Positions 20,949 through 30,810 of a stretch of DNA of 64,000 nt are shown one piece after another. The notes under the pieces are model-generated. The model was not told where the DNA came from, made no database searches, and was given only the letters and a program-made list of their open reading frames with translations. This DNA comes from Nitrospirota bacterium. Lineage in GTDB: Bacteria; Nitrospirota; UBA9217. Numbering within the stretch: the stretch's first letter is position 1; the number at the start of each line of letters is the position of its first letter. A program made the position numbers and the translations under genes. The stretch spans positions 352,001 to 416,000 of the forward strand of contig CAVVUN010000001.1 of the NCBI GenBank assembly GCA_963751455.1, read 5' to 3'.

Positions 20949-21056
20949 CTCACACAAAGCCACAAAGGCACAAAGAAGGCTTAAATACTCGTGATTTTTA
21001 TAAACCTAAAGCATATAATCTTTTTCTTTCTTCGTGGCTTCGTGCCTTCGTGTGAG
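20949..21056. repeat. Palindromic element of inverted 9-mer tandem repeats
   Basis: CTCACACAAAGCCACAAAGGCACAAAGAA ... TTCTTCGTGGCTTCGTGCCTTCGTGTGAG. Confidence 0.8.
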
Positions 21057-21096
21057 TATACGTTCAGATGTTCGCGTCAATTTTGAATTGCCAGTT

Positions 21097-21837
21097 TCAC
21101 ATCCGCTCCCACTGACTGGTGTCTGGATTAAACGCCTCGCTGAATGCCGTAACCTCCTGCCGGAGGCCCACATCATAGCCCTCGTTCAATCCGAAGTTCA
21201 CGAGCATTTTGATGGCGCGGAGCGCACTGAGGCTGTTCGCTGCTATCCTGTTTGCAAGCCGTAATGCCTCTTCCTCGAGTGCGTGCGTGGGAACGATCTT
21301 GTTCACGAGACCGATGGTCAGCGCTTCTTCGGCATCAATAGCCCGGCCTGTGAACATAAGCTCCTTGGCCCGGCCGATGCCTACGGTTTTGTAGAGGCGC
21401 TGTGACGACCCGAAAATGGGCGGCACGCCGAATGTCGCTTCGGGAAACGAGAAGACCGCATCAGCGGCAGCGATGCGGATGTCCGCAGCAAGCGCGAGCC
21501 CGAGCCCGGCCCCCGTGGTCTCTCCCCTGACTGCAGCCACAACCGGGACAGGAAGGTCCTCGATATGCTTGAGCAGGTTGTAGCCCACTTCAGCAAAATG
21601 CGCTGCTTCATCCTTTGTCATCTTCAAGAACCCGGAATAGTCCAGGCCCGCTGAAAAATTTCTGCCTATTGCCTTGAGCAGGACCACCCGCAACTCGGCC
21701 TTGGACGATTTCATATCGCTCACGGTCCTGTTCAGTTGCGACAGGACTTCCTTGTCCAGATAGTTGTCAGGCGGGTTGTCAATAGTGACTATGCTGATCC
21801 GGTCTTTGCAGTACACATTGACTGTTGTGTTTGACAT
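21097..21837 (-). CDS. Enoyl-CoA hydratase/isomerase (crotonase) family protein
   Basis: FSAGLD, PVVAAVRG...GAG, FPE and AEEALTIGLVN. Confidence 0.9.
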   Translation of the reverse strand: MSNTTVNVYCKDRISIVTIDNPPDNYLDKEVLSQLNRTVSDMKSSKAELRVVLLKAIGRNFSAGLDYSGFLKMTKDEAAHFAEVGYNLLKHIEDLPVPVVAAVRGETTGAGLGLALAADIRIAAADAVFSFPEATFGVPPIFGSSQRLYKTVGIGRAKELMFTGRAIDAEEALTIGLVNKIVPTHALEEEALRLANRIAANSLSALRAIKMLVNFGLNEGYDVGLRQEVTAFSEAFNPDTSQWERM

Positions 21838-21898
21838 GATACCTCCGATTCGATTGCGGAATGCGAATTGCGGAATGGGGATTAAAATCCGAAATCCG

Positions 21899-22088
21899 CC
21901 TGCACCCAGCCTGCACCCAGTGTTTACGAGTGCATATTGCGCGAGTACAGGGTGCGCTTATGAGGTCCTTGATTCCCGTCTCGCGGTACTCAGCGAGATG
22001 GTACGACAATGAGTCTAATTATTAGCAGCACGAGCCTGCGCCCAACGAATTCGAGTGCGTCAGCGCGAGAGTAGGGTGTGCAGTGGCG
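21899..22088 (+). mobile_element. Nested composite of mini-elements: outer A containing A, B and A
   Basis: Outer A starts at 21899, inner A 21910-21954, B about 21965-22018, A 22035-22078. The whole unit interrupts the 7-mer tract AAATCCGAAATCCG|CAATCCGCAATT. Confidence 0.72.
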
Positions 22089-22101
22089 CAATCCGCAATT
22101 T

Positions 22102-25100
22102 CTACGCCTGCTCCCAGTGCTTTTTCTCGATCATATAGTAGAAAACGGGGATAACTATCAGAGTCAGGGCCGTGGAAGCCAGCATGCCGAAGATGAGCGC
22201 CATCGCCAGGCCGGACCAGACGGGGTCGCTGACAATAACAGCAGAGCCGAGAATCGCGGCTGCGGCTGTCAGAACAATGGGACGCGTCCGGATTGCGCCT
22301 GCCTCGATAAGAGCCTGCTCAAGCTGCATCCCCTCCTGTTTCTTATCAAGAATGAACTCGAGCAGCACGATCGAGTTCCTGACAACGATCCCGGCAAGAG
22401 CGATCACGCCTATCATCGAGGTCGCGCTGAAGTAGACCCCGGTCATCGCGAATCCCGGCATTATGCCGATCATCGAAAGCGGTATCGAGGCCATGATGAT
22501 CAAGGGTATCGTGAAGGACCGGAACCTGCCCACAAGCAGCAGGTAGATTGCGATCAGGGCCACTCCCATTGCGGCCCCCAGGTCCCGAAATACATCAAGC
22601 GTCAGCTTCATCTCGCCGTCCCACTTGATACGATAGCCTTCGGGCAGCGGATGCTTCCGCAGATAGGTCATCATATCGATCACCGCATACACCTGGCTTC
22701 TCGCGCCCATCTCACCGTACACATACGTAACGGGCTCGAGGTTCTTGTGATAGAGGGCCTTGTCCATCTCGGAAGGAACGACCTTCACGAGCGACGAAAG
22801 CGGCACCTGGCTGCCCTGTGCGCCGGATACATACACCTTGTCCATGTCGGAAAGGACGCTGCGCTGTCCTTTCGGCAGCCGCAGCATGATCGATACAGGA
22901 TTTTTTGCGCCGGGCCGGTGCAGCGTGGACACCGCCATCCCGGTCAACGAGAGTCGCAGCGTTTGTACGATCTGCTCGGTGGATACCCCTGCGAGGGCGG
23001 CCTTATCCTTGTCCACGAGCAGCCGGTATTTATCCTGGTTCTCCTTCACGCTGTCGTCGATATCGACGACCTGGTCGGTCCTGGCGAAAAGCGCCTTGAT
23101 CTCCTGAGCGATAGCGCGCTGCTTATTGTAGTCCGGTCCGTAGATCTCGGCGACAACGGTCGCCCGCACGGGCGGCCCCGGCGGGTCCTCGACAAGCTTG
23201 ATGTTCGCACCGTACTCACGGGCGAGTCCTTCGATATCGGGACGCATGGCAAGCACCAGTTTCTCGCTCGATTGTTTCCGCTCTTCCTTGTCAACGAGGT
23301 TCACCCGGATGTCGGCGAAGTGACTCTCTTCCCGAAACGCACCGCCCCTGAGCAGCCCGTTGAAGTCCATTACCGACCCGGTGCCTACGTAGGTCTCATA
23401 ATCTTTCACTTCGGGTATCCGATGCAGATAAGCCCCAAGCGCGCGCGCTGCACGGTCGGTGTTCTCTATGAGCGTGCCAGGCGGCATATCTATTGAAACC
23501 AGGAACGTGTTCTTGTTCGCCTTCGGCAGCATTCGAAATTGTACCCACTGGAAGAGCGGGAAACTCATTGTCACAAGAAAGACGACCGCAATGAGCCCAA
23601 GAAACATGTTGCGCCTGCGGGAAACCGCAAGAAGCGGGCCCAGTATCTTTTTATATGTCCGGTAGATAATGGTCTCCTCGAGGGAAGGCGGGTTAACGCC
23701 GTCATGATGGTCCGCTTTCATCAGCCGGTAGCTGGCCCAGGGCGTCACGATGAACGCCACAAACAGGGACGTGATCATGGCAACCGGTACATTGAACGGG
23801 ATCGGGCGCATATAGGGCCCCATCATCCCGGTCACGAAGGCCATGGGGATGAAGGCAAGCACTACCGTAACTGTTGCGAGTATCGTCGGCATCCCGATCT
23901 CGTTCACCGCAAGGATCGCCCCCTGCAGCCGGGAATGCTGCTGCAGCTTGTAGTGGCGATGGATGTTCTCGACTACCACGATTGCATCGTCCACCAGCAG
24001 ACCCAGTGATAGAATCAGGGCAAAGAGTGTGATCCGGTTGATGGTCTGGCCGGTCACCATTCCGATGGCGAGAGTGATAAAGAGCGTGAGCGGAATAGCG
24101 AGAGCCACGATGGCCGCTTCACGCCATCCGAGCGTCACAAAAAGAAGGATGATCACCACTACGATCGAAACGATAAGATGGAACACCAGCTCGTTCACCG
24201 CGTCGTTCGCTGCCTTGCCGTCGTTCCGGGTGACTGAGACCGTGATCCCCGGCGGGACTCTGGTGTTTTTCAGTTCCTCAAGTCTTGCGAGGATCTGGTC
24301 CGCAATCTTCACGGCGTTCAGCTTCTGACGTTTGGCCAGCGCTATCGTGACTGCGGGTTGTTCCTGCAGCGTCTCCGTACTCCCTGCCGCTGCATCCGGA
24401 CCTGCAGGCGCAGAGTGTCCGTCTCCGAAGGAAATGCGCGTGAGCTTGACGGTCTCTTCGAACCCGTCCGTAACGTCGGCCACGTCGCCCAGGTAGACAG
24501 GTTTGCCGTTTGAAACACCGACGATCGCATTCCTGACGTCGCTCGCTTTTTCAAAAAATCCACCCGTTTCGAGCGATAATTTTCTGTTTCCCTGCTCAAG
24601 GTCGCCGGATAGAAGATTTGCGTTGGAAACGGTGATCGCTCCTGCTATCTGGAGCGGAGACAGGCCGTACCCCGCCATCCTGAGCGGATCCAGGGTCACT
24701 CGTACCTGCGGACTTCTTCCGCCGATCACGAGGGAATTTCCAACGCCCGGCACTTTTCTGAGCTCGTCCAGAAGATGGTCTGCCACGAAGCGGAGCTGGG
24801 AATCGTCATAGTCGGCGCCCGCTGAACCCGACAGTGTAATTGCGACGATCGGCACATCATCCACGTCTATGGGCTTGACGAGCGGTTGAGACGCGCCGGG
24901 AGGCGAGAAATCCATGTTGGACATGAGCTTGTCGTAGAGCTTCACGAAGGACCGTTCTTTGTCCTGTCCCACTAAAAACTTGACGGTGACCACTGCCAGC
25001 GAGTTCATCGAGACCGAATATACGTCTTCGACGCCCGGTATCTCCCAGAGCTTTGCCTCCAGCCGCTTTGATACGAGTTCCTCCACTTCTTTTGCACTCG

Positions 25101-25275
25101 CGCCCGGAAGCTGCACCATTACGTTGGCGGCCGGCACCACGATTTGCGGGTTCTCCTCGCGCGGAGTCAACCAGAGCGCAAAGAGTCCGAGGATCGCCGT
25201 GGCCGCCATAAGCAGCACGGTAAGCTGCGAATTGATGAAATATTCCGTTATTTTGCCGCTGATATTGAGTTTCAT
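22102..25275 (-). CDS. RND efflux transporter permease (AcrB/CusA family)
   Basis: 1057 aa; GLLVDDAIVVVENI, GIVVRNSIVLLEF and RTRPIVLT. Confidence 0.96.
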   Translation of the reverse strand: MKLNISGKITEYFINSQLTVLLMAATAILGLFALWLTPREENPQIVVPAANVMVQLPGASAKEVEELVSKRLEAKLWEIPGVEDVYSVSMNSLAVVTVKFLVGQDKERSFVKLYDKLMSNMDFSPPGASQPLVKPIDVDDVPIVAITLSGSAGADYDDSQLRFVADHLLDELRKVPGVGNSLVIGGRSPQVRVTLDPLRMAGYGLSPLQIAGAITVSNANLLSGDLEQGNRKLSLETGGFFEKASDVRNAIVGVSNGKPVYLGDVADVTDGFEETVKLTRISFGDGHSAPAGPDAAAGSTETLQEQPAVTIALAKRQKLNAVKIADQILARLEELKNTRVPPGITVSVTRNDGKAANDAVNELVFHLIVSIVVVIILLFVTLGWREAAIVALAIPLTLFITLAIGMVTGQTINRITLFALILSLGLLVDDAIVVVENIHRHYKLQQHSRLQGAILAVNEIGMPTILATVTVVLAFIPMAFVTGMMGPYMRPIPFNVPVAMITSLFVAFIVTPWASYRLMKADHHDGVNPPSLEETIIYRTYKKILGPLLAVSRRRNMFLGLIAVVFLVTMSFPLFQWVQFRMLPKANKNTFLVSIDMPPGTLIENTDRAARALGAYLHRIPEVKDYETYVGTGSVMDFNGLLRGGAFREESHFADIRVNLVDKEERKQSSEKLVLAMRPDIEGLAREYGANIKLVEDPPGPPVRATVVAEIYGPDYNKQRAIAQEIKALFARTDQVVDIDDSVKENQDKYRLLVDKDKAALAGVSTEQIVQTLRLSLTGMAVSTLHRPGAKNPVSIMLRLPKGQRSVLSDMDKVYVSGAQGSQVPLSSLVKVVPSEMDKALYHKNLEPVTYVYGEMGARSQVYAVIDMMTYLRKHPLPEGYRIKWDGEMKLTLDVFRDLGAAMGVALIAIYLLLVGRFRSFTIPLIIMASIPLSMIGIMPGFAMTGVYFSATSMIGVIALAGIVVRNSIVLLEFILDKKQEGMQLEQALIEAGAIRTRPIVLTAAAAILGSAVIVSDPVWSGLAMALIFGMLASTALTLIVIPVFYYMIEKKHWEQA

Positions 25276-25300
25276 GAATTAGACCTAATGAACTATATTG

Positions 25301-25379
25301 GGACACGGATTTTCGCGGATTTTACGAATTTAAATATTGTTCTGGTATAAATCCGTAATTTCCGTCTTTATCCGTGTCC
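25301..25379. repeat. Palindromic element of inverted 9-mer tandem repeats
   Basis: GGACACGGATTTTCGCGGATTTTACGAATT ... AATCCGTAATTTCCGTCTTTATCCGTGTCC. Confidence 0.78.
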
Positions 25380-25398
25380 AAAATGATTTTGATTCAGT

Positions 25399-26484
25399 TT
25401 ACTTCTGCGCTACCACGACCTTCTTTCCGTCGATCCTCGTGTCCTGCTTGCTGACAATCACCCTGTCGCCGGCTTTCAGGCCGGTTATGGCCTCAACGTC
25501 GCTGCCCTGATCGTCTCCCAGTTGGACCATCTGGAACACGGCGCTTCCGTCAGGAGAAATGCGGTACACGCCGGTGAGACCCGCCATTTCGATCACCGCT
25601 GAGCGCGGTACCATAATCGCTTCACGCCTGCCGATGCTGAACAAGGCCCTGCCGTACATGCCGGTAATGAGGTTTCTGTTCTCCGGGATATCGATCTTTA
25701 CAATAAAGGAGTGCGTCCTTATATCGGCTGCAGGAACGATCTGCGCCACCTTGCCCCTGAGCTCCCTGCCCGGCAATGCGTCGATCAGGACTGCAACGGC
25801 CTGCCCCGGCCTGATGGACAGGATATCCTGCTCCTGCAGCGTTACCTCGAGCCGGAGATTCCTGTTGTCCTCGATCTTGAGCAGGGGCTGCCCCGGCATC
25901 GCCATTTCGCCGGGATTGATGTGCTTTTCCATGATCTGCCCTGATATCGGGGCGGTGATCGTAGTGTAGCTTTCCATGGCCCTTGCCGCGTTCAAGCCCG
26001 CTGTTGCGGATTCAAACCCGAGCATGGCCTGATCCATCTCCATCTTGGTCGCGGCATCCTCGTCAAAGAGGCTTTTAATCCGATCATGATGGAGCTTTGC
26101 GTTGTTGTAAGCTGCCTGGGCCTGGTATGCCTGCGCTCTGATTTCTCCGCTGTCTATCTTGACCAGAAGGCTGCCTTGGGAAACATGGTCTCCTTCGTTT
26201 ACCGTCACCTCTACTCTGCCCATCACCTTGCTCGAAATAACAGAAATGTTCCTGGAGTTGAGCGTTCCGGCAGCTGACACTATCGAATCAACAGTTCTTG
26301 GTTGAATCGTTGCGGCGGAGACCTCGAGCGGCAGCTCCGGCCTTGTCACGCCCGGCTCATGGGAGGTTTTCCCGAAGGTCATGCTGGAAAAGCCCGCTGC
26401 CGTGACCACAGCTATGATCAATACGCCATACATCCTCTTTTTATCAACTGTCTTTATCATTTCTTTTACAACCCGAATGTCCAT
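25399..26484 (-). CDS. RND periplasmic adaptor (membrane fusion protein)
   Basis: N-terminal TM, V..GDHVSQG..L, ITAPISG and GLKAGDRVIV; SD GGAGG before 26484. Confidence 0.93.
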   Translation of the reverse strand: MDIRVVKEMIKTVDKKRMYGVLIIAVVTAAGFSSMTFGKTSHEPGVTRPELPLEVSAATIQPRTVDSIVSAAGTLNSRNISVISSKVMGRVEVTVNEGDHVSQGSLLVKIDSGEIRAQAYQAQAAYNNAKLHHDRIKSLFDEDAATKMEMDQAMLGFESATAGLNAARAMESYTTITAPISGQIMEKHINPGEMAMPGQPLLKIEDNRNLRLEVTLQEQDILSIRPGQAVAVLIDALPGRELRGKVAQIVPAADIRTHSFIVKIDIPENRNLITGMYGRALFSIGRREAIMVPRSAVIEMAGLTGVYRISPDGSAVFQMVQLGDDQGSDVEAITGLKAGDRVIVSKQDTRIDGKKVVVAQK

Positions 26485-26535
26485 GATATCCTCCACTGCT
26501 CTTTTATTCCGCATTCTTTTTTTCGAACTTCTTAC

Positions 26536-27882
26536 TCACAGATTTCCCGTTGCCAGCTTCAGCTCAGCCTCAGCGATATTATTATCATAAAGCGCTTGAA
26601 GCGCACTGGTCCTTGCGCGAATAAGCGAGCTCTCTGCACCGAGCACATCCACGAAGGTGGTCATTCCCGTCTCGTAGCGTTTCTGCACGATCCTCAGGCC
26701 TTCTTCCGCTTCATGCACTGATGACGCTGTTGCTGCTATACGGTCCGCAGATGCGCTGAAATTATAATAGGCCTGTCGGACCTCAAGCTGGACCGCCTCA
26801 CGGAACTGTTCCTCAAGAGAGCGCATCCGGCTGCCCGCTGCATGGGCCTCTTTTATCTTCGACCGTGTTACAAGCCCGTCGAAAAGATTCCACTGAAGCA
26901 CCGCCATAACCGCCCAGCTCCTGGCGTCGTCCCCTGCAGCGCGGTCGCTGTTCCAGTCTACCTGGCCGATGAGGTTCAGTTTCGGCAGATAATCCGTCCT
27001 GGCCATATCGACGGATTTATCCGCGTTCCTGCGGTTCAGGTCCATGGCGAGCAGGTCCGGACGTTTAACGGCTGCCTCATGCAGCGCGGCATTGAGCTCG
27101 CTGTTAATTTCCTGCGGGATGAGCGAGCCCGTTATCTCATACTCGGTCTCCTGCGCAATTCCCATAGCGAAATTAAGCGAGGCAGCCGACAGCCTCACGC
27201 CGTTTTCTGAACGGGTGACCATCTCTTTCACTTCGGCATGCTGCACCTTTGCCCTCAGGACATCCGACTGCAGTACGGCGCCCGCCCTGTTTCGCAGCTC
27301 GGCCAGTTTGAGGGTTTCGGCGCTCGTTTTGAGCGATTGCAATGCTACCGTATTGTGCGCTCGTGCGAGCAGCAGCCCATAGTAGGCCTTGATAACGTTA
27401 TAGACTGTTTCCTGTCTTGTCCTGTCACGCTGCAGGACAGATGCCTCCTGGCCCAGTTTCGCCTGGGATCTGCCGATATATTCTCTTCCGCCGTTAAACA
27501 GCGGCTGCGTAACGGAGAGCCTCGTATTGTAGTTCGAAATCGCATCCGGGTTGTTCATGTTCGGCGGATTGAAATCGGACTGGCTTACGATCTCCCTGTT
27601 CAGCCTGGTGCCCAGCACCATCAGGGGATTGTCCGTCCTGCTCCAGGTCTCGGATAGGTTCACCTTCGGCAGAAACCCGGAGGCCGATCCCAGCACGTTC
27701 GCGTCAGCGGCTTCAATCCGGGCATCGGCCGCTTTGATTCCCGGATTGCTGCTCAGCGCCGTTTCGACGGCCTGTTCGAGTGTAAGTTGCTCGGCGGCAT
27801 AGCTTACGGATGCCGCTACTAACGTCAACAACACCAGCAGAAGGGCCATCACTGCTCCGATGATGATTTTACATGTCGTCAT
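26536..27882 (-). CDS. TolC-family outer-membrane efflux protein
   Basis: Signal peptide, LTLEQAVETAL, two OEP repeats and RYETG...DVL.AE. Confidence 0.93.
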   Translation of the reverse strand: MTTCKIIIGAVMALLLVLLTLVAASVSYAAEQLTLEQAVETALSSNPGIKAADARIEAADANVLGSASGFLPKVNLSETWSRTDNPLMVLGTRLNREIVSQSDFNPPNMNNPDAISNYNTRLSVTQPLFNGGREYIGRSQAKLGQEASVLQRDRTRQETVYNVIKAYYGLLLARAHNTVALQSLKTSAETLKLAELRNRAGAVLQSDVLRAKVQHAEVKEMVTRSENGVRLSAASLNFAMGIAQETEYEITGSLIPQEINSELNAALHEAAVKRPDLLAMDLNRRNADKSVDMARTDYLPKLNLIGQVDWNSDRAAGDDARSWAVMAVLQWNLFDGLVTRSKIKEAHAAGSRMRSLEEQFREAVQLEVRQAYYNFSASADRIAATASSVHEAEEGLRIVQKRYETGMTTFVDVLGAESSLIRARTSALQALYDNNIAEAELKLATGNL

Positions 27883-27884
27883 GT

Positions 27885-28220
27885 TTACGCCTTCGATATT
27901 GCCGCATGCCCGGCCATGTTCCATAGGACTATACCGCCTTCAAGATTTTTTACACTGTACCCAAGGCCCCCCAGGTAGGAGCAGGCATAGGCACTCCGAT
28001 TGCCGATCCGGCAGTACACCACGATCTCGCTGTCCCGGGGCAATTCCTTAAACCGGTGCGGCAGTTCCTGAAGCGGAACAAGATAGGAACCATCTATGGC
28101 CTGCTCGGCGTTCTCCTGCGGGGTCCTCACATCGAGCAGCAGAAACTGCTTTCCGGACAGCCTCATCTCGTGCAGTTCATCAGGTCCAATATTTTTGCAT
28201 TGATAATTATTGAAAAACAT
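27885..28220 (-). CDS. Single-domain rhodanese (sulfurtransferase)
   Basis: LLDVRTPQE, active-site loop YCRIGNRS and NLEGGI..W. Confidence 0.92.
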   Translation of the reverse strand: MFFNNYQCKNIGPDELHEMRLSGKQFLLLDVRTPQENAEQAIDGSYLVPLQELPHRFKELPRDSEIVVYCRIGNRSAYACSYLGGLGYSVKNLEGGIVLWNMAGHAAISKA

Positions 28221-28320
28221 AGCGCTTCTCCTCTTCACAAAGCCGGAACAATGGACACTGTCACTACACGGGGGATAAGATGGAATGACAGTGCCATTGT
28301 TCGCGCTTGCTCTTCACTAT

Positions 28321-28444
28321 ATCAATTGACATGCCAAAATATAAGCTTCTGATTTAGTTGGGATTTGAATTCAGGCAAGCAAATAATTTATCAAAATAAG
28401 CGGTAATCTTTGTCGAGTGTTTTCTTATTTCGACATTTATGTCG
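28321..28444 (-). promoter_or_regulatory. Putative sigma-54 promoter with IHF-like site and upstream activator palindrome
   Basis: Minus strand TTGGCATGTCAATTGAT (28337-28321; GG at -24, GA instead of GC at -12); AATCAGAAGCTTA resembles WATCAANNNNTTR; palindrome CGACATTTATGTCG at 28431-28444. Confidence 0.55.
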
Positions 28445-28580
28445 GACCACGAACATTGATTGTAATGATGAGAGTCAGGTATGGAGGAACTTCTGGCCTT
28501 CCTTCTTTACGGACTTAACAGGCGGGTAGCCTCAGGGAGAAGCAGAGCGGAATAATTATATGGATAATTCTATCGAATAA

Positions 28581-28655
28581 AAAAAACCCTCACGCCTTCG
28601 CTTGCACCCGGCGTTTACGAAAGCTCAGCGCGAGTGCAGGGTGTGAGGGTTTTTT
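28581..28655. terminator. Intrinsic terminator of the c7 gene, interrupted by mini-element A (28601-28643)
   Basis: Removing 28601-28643 gives AAAAAACCCTCACG-CCTT-CGTGAGGGTTTTTT, a perfect hairpin. Confidence 0.8.
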
Positions 28656-28672
28656 CGTGGATAAAAGCATGC

Positions 28673-28987
28673 TTACTTCTTATGGCATTTCGCGCAGCTG
28701 TCTGCTTCCTTGACACCGAACGCCTTGGTGCCGTTGTGGCAGGTGCCGCACTGTTTCCCTTCCTGCATTTCCTTCATGGTCATCTTGGCAGTACCTTTTT
28801 TCATTTTGAACACGGCTGGATGGCAGTCGTTGCATTTGTTGACTTTGTGCTTGTCCCCGTCGAATACGACTTTGCCTGCGCCGCCGCCTTCAAATTCCAG
28901 CTTCTTTCCGGGCCCGACAGCAAATGCTGAAGCTGTAAATGCCAATGTTACCATTACAACCAATACAAGAGCGATTAGCTTTCTCAT
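28673..28987 (-). CDS. Periplasmic triheme cytochrome c7 (PpcA-like)
   Basis: SD AAGGAGG, signal peptide, three CxxCH (CNDCH, CGTCH, CAKCH), G.V.F..D.H pattern. Confidence 0.92.
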   Translation of the reverse strand: MRKLIALVLVVMVTLAFTASAFAVGPGKKLEFEGGGAGKVVFDGDKHKVNKCNDCHPAVFKMKKGTAKMTMKEMQEGKQCGTCHNGTKAFGVKEADSCAKCHKK

Positions 28988-29260
28988 TGTATCACCTCCT
29001 TTCATCTCCGTCTGGTGTTATGCTGAACTTCTCTCATTTGTATAATCGGGAAATAATAAGCGGGAGCGAAATTATTCATACTCACATAAGTCGCGGTCGC
29101 ATGAGGCATATATTCGGACAGGGATTGCATGGAAAACTATTACTAGATTAATAGAAAACAATCTGGCTGTCAAGAAATCAAGAAGGGAAATGATAGTTTG
29201 AAGGAGGAGCAGCTTCGTTTTTTTGCAATTTACGGCGGAATGTTGCTGTTTTTTTCAGAT

Positions 29261-29291
29261 AAAAAAAGCCCTCACGTTTTCCGTGAGGGCT
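29261..29291 (-). terminator. Intrinsic terminator of the second c7 gene
   Basis: AGCCCTCACG/CGTGAGGGCT stem followed by a T7 tract on the minus strand; paralogous to the terminator at 28581. Confidence 0.8.
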
Positions 29292-29313
29292 GTGCTGCTG
29301 GATAATGACAAAC

Positions 29314-29637
29314 TTATTTCTTGTGGCACTTTGCGCACGAGGCTGCGTCTTTGACTCCAAAAGCCTTGGTGCCGTTATGGCAGCCGCCGCAGTTCTTGCC
29401 GGCCTCCATGTCTTTCATGGTCATGACCGCATCGCCTTTTTTCATCTTGAAGAGGCCGGACTGGTGGCAATCAGCGCACTTGTTGCCTTTATCTGCGTGG
29501 ACTTTGCCGTCGAAGATCACCTTGCCGGCGCCCTTGCCGTCAAACTCGAGAGTCTTGCCCGCCGGAACAGCGAAAGCCGAAGCGGAAAGAACGAACGATA
29601 CAACGAGCACGATCGCTACAACTAATAATTTTTTCAT
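29314..29637 (-). CDS. Periplasmic triheme cytochrome c7 (PpcA-like), paralog
   Basis: SD AAGGAGG, signal peptide, CADCH, CGGCH and CAKCH; similar to the adjacent c7. Confidence 0.92.
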   Translation of the reverse strand: MKKLLVVAIVLVVSFVLSASAFAVPAGKTLEFDGKGAGKVIFDGKVHADKGNKCADCHQSGLFKMKKGDAVMTMKDMEAGKNCGGCHNGTKAFGVKDAASCAKCHKK

Positions 29638-29721
29638 GAGATTCACCTCCTTTCATTACTCAATTGGATACGCCGTACCGGATAATAATTATGGGTATAA
29701 ATCTCCGTTACGGAAACACGC

Positions 29722-30735
29722 TTACATGAAATTCTTCGGGCTCCTGTACTCATGACAGGAGACACAGTCTTTCCTGGCGGAAGCCTCCGTGACTTTCCAG
29801 ATATGCGGCTTATGGCAATCCTTGCACTGCATGTCCATGCCGAGATGAACCTTGTGCTTCCCGATTTTCGGGGTGCCCGTATGACACCTCAGGCAATCCA
29901 TATTCTTCGGCTTTACCTTGCCCGCGGTATGCGGTTTATGGCACTCATAACAATAGAACTGCATGGGGGCGTTGTCGGGAATCTCGATCTTAACCGCTTT
30001 CTTCACGGTTGATGAATTCGGCGCGAAGAACCGGACATCCATCGTACCGTCGGCAATCAGCTCCTTGCGGACATTTTCGTCTTTGCTGTGGCAGAAGAGA
30101 CATTTTTTCCGCCCGGGCTTGAGATCTTTCGTCCTGTCGGTGTGGCAGTTGATGCAGGCCAGTCCGCCCATGCCTTCGCCGTGCACCTGCCTGTCCTTAT
30201 GGCACTTGGTGCAGAACTTTTCCGTCGGCAGGAAATGGTGAAGACCGCTCTTGTCGGGTTTTACTTCTCCGTGGCACTGAGTGCATTCGATCTGCTCCAT
30301 GTACACATGTTTCGCATGGAACAACGATTTATTGATCGGCTTGGCCTTGCCCTCGGTATGGCAATGATTGCAGTGTTTCTGGCTCACGATGACTTTATCT
30401 TTATGCCGCTCGGGCACCTTTGTGGGCCGGTGCAGGACAAAGCTGATGAGAAGCTGGTTTTGCTCGGGTATCGTGAGATGGTGACAGTCATGGCAGTTAA
30501 GCGATTTGTGCTCGCTCTGCGCCCAGGTGTCATAGGCCGGCTGCATCAGGTGACAGCCTACGCAGAATTTCGGATTGTTCTGAGTGAAATCATAAAACTT
30601 GTAGGATATAAAACCGCCGCCGCCCACAATGATGAGTAAAAGTGCTGTGATCAACAGTTTGGCCTTTAAGGAAATCGGTTCCTTCAGTCTGTTTTTGACC
30701 ACTTCAATCTGATCTTTTAACCAACCCAATGCCAT
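29722..30735 (-). CDS. Membrane-anchored 11-heme cytochrome c with NapC/NrfH-like N-terminus
   Basis: One N-terminal TM, then 11 CxxCH: CVGCH, CHDCH, CNHCH, CTQCH, CTKCH, CINCH, CLFCH, CYECH, CLRCH, CKDCH, CVSCH. Confidence 0.92.
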   Translation of the reverse strand: MALGWLKDQIEVVKNRLKEPISLKAKLLITALLLIIVGGGGFISYKFYDFTQNNPKFCVGCHLMQPAYDTWAQSEHKSLNCHDCHHLTIPEQNQLLISFVLHRPTKVPERHKDKVIVSQKHCNHCHTEGKAKPINKSLFHAKHVYMEQIECTQCHGEVKPDKSGLHHFLPTEKFCTKCHKDRQVHGEGMGGLACINCHTDRTKDLKPGRKKCLFCHSKDENVRKELIADGTMDVRFFAPNSSTVKKAVKIEIPDNAPMQFYCYECHKPHTAGKVKPKNMDCLRCHTGTPKIGKHKVHLGMDMQCKDCHKPHIWKVTEASARKDCVSCHEYRSPKNFM

Positions 30736-30781
30736 AATTTCCCCTCCCAGATAGTAGCAGAAAATACACAAAGACTTGGTG

Positions 30782-30810
30782 TTTATAGCACAGGCGAGCA
30801 AACATGTCAA
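30782..30810 (-). promoter_or_regulatory. Sigma-70 promoter of the multiheme/c7 genes
   Basis: TTGACA-17 nt-TATAAA with an extended TG. Confidence 0.7.

Noticed and set aside
21965-22018. Elements A or B as self-cleaving ribozymes
   Set aside because: I could not find hammerhead (CUGANGA/GAAA), HDV, twister or pistol cores on either strand by eye; an Rfam search is needed to exclude this fully.
22078-23496. 472-aa plus-strand ORF and similar long antisense ORFs (e.g. 34918-35790, 50376-51257, 32321-33160)
   Set aside because: These are shadow ORFs opposite well-supported GC-rich genes and have no recognisable motifs.
28990-29170. Cyclic dinucleotide (GEMM) riboswitch upstream of the cytochromes, or an M-box upstream of the MgtE-like gene
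   Set aside because: No GEMM consensus was seen, and the MgtE-like gene has only about 30 nt of leader after its promoter.
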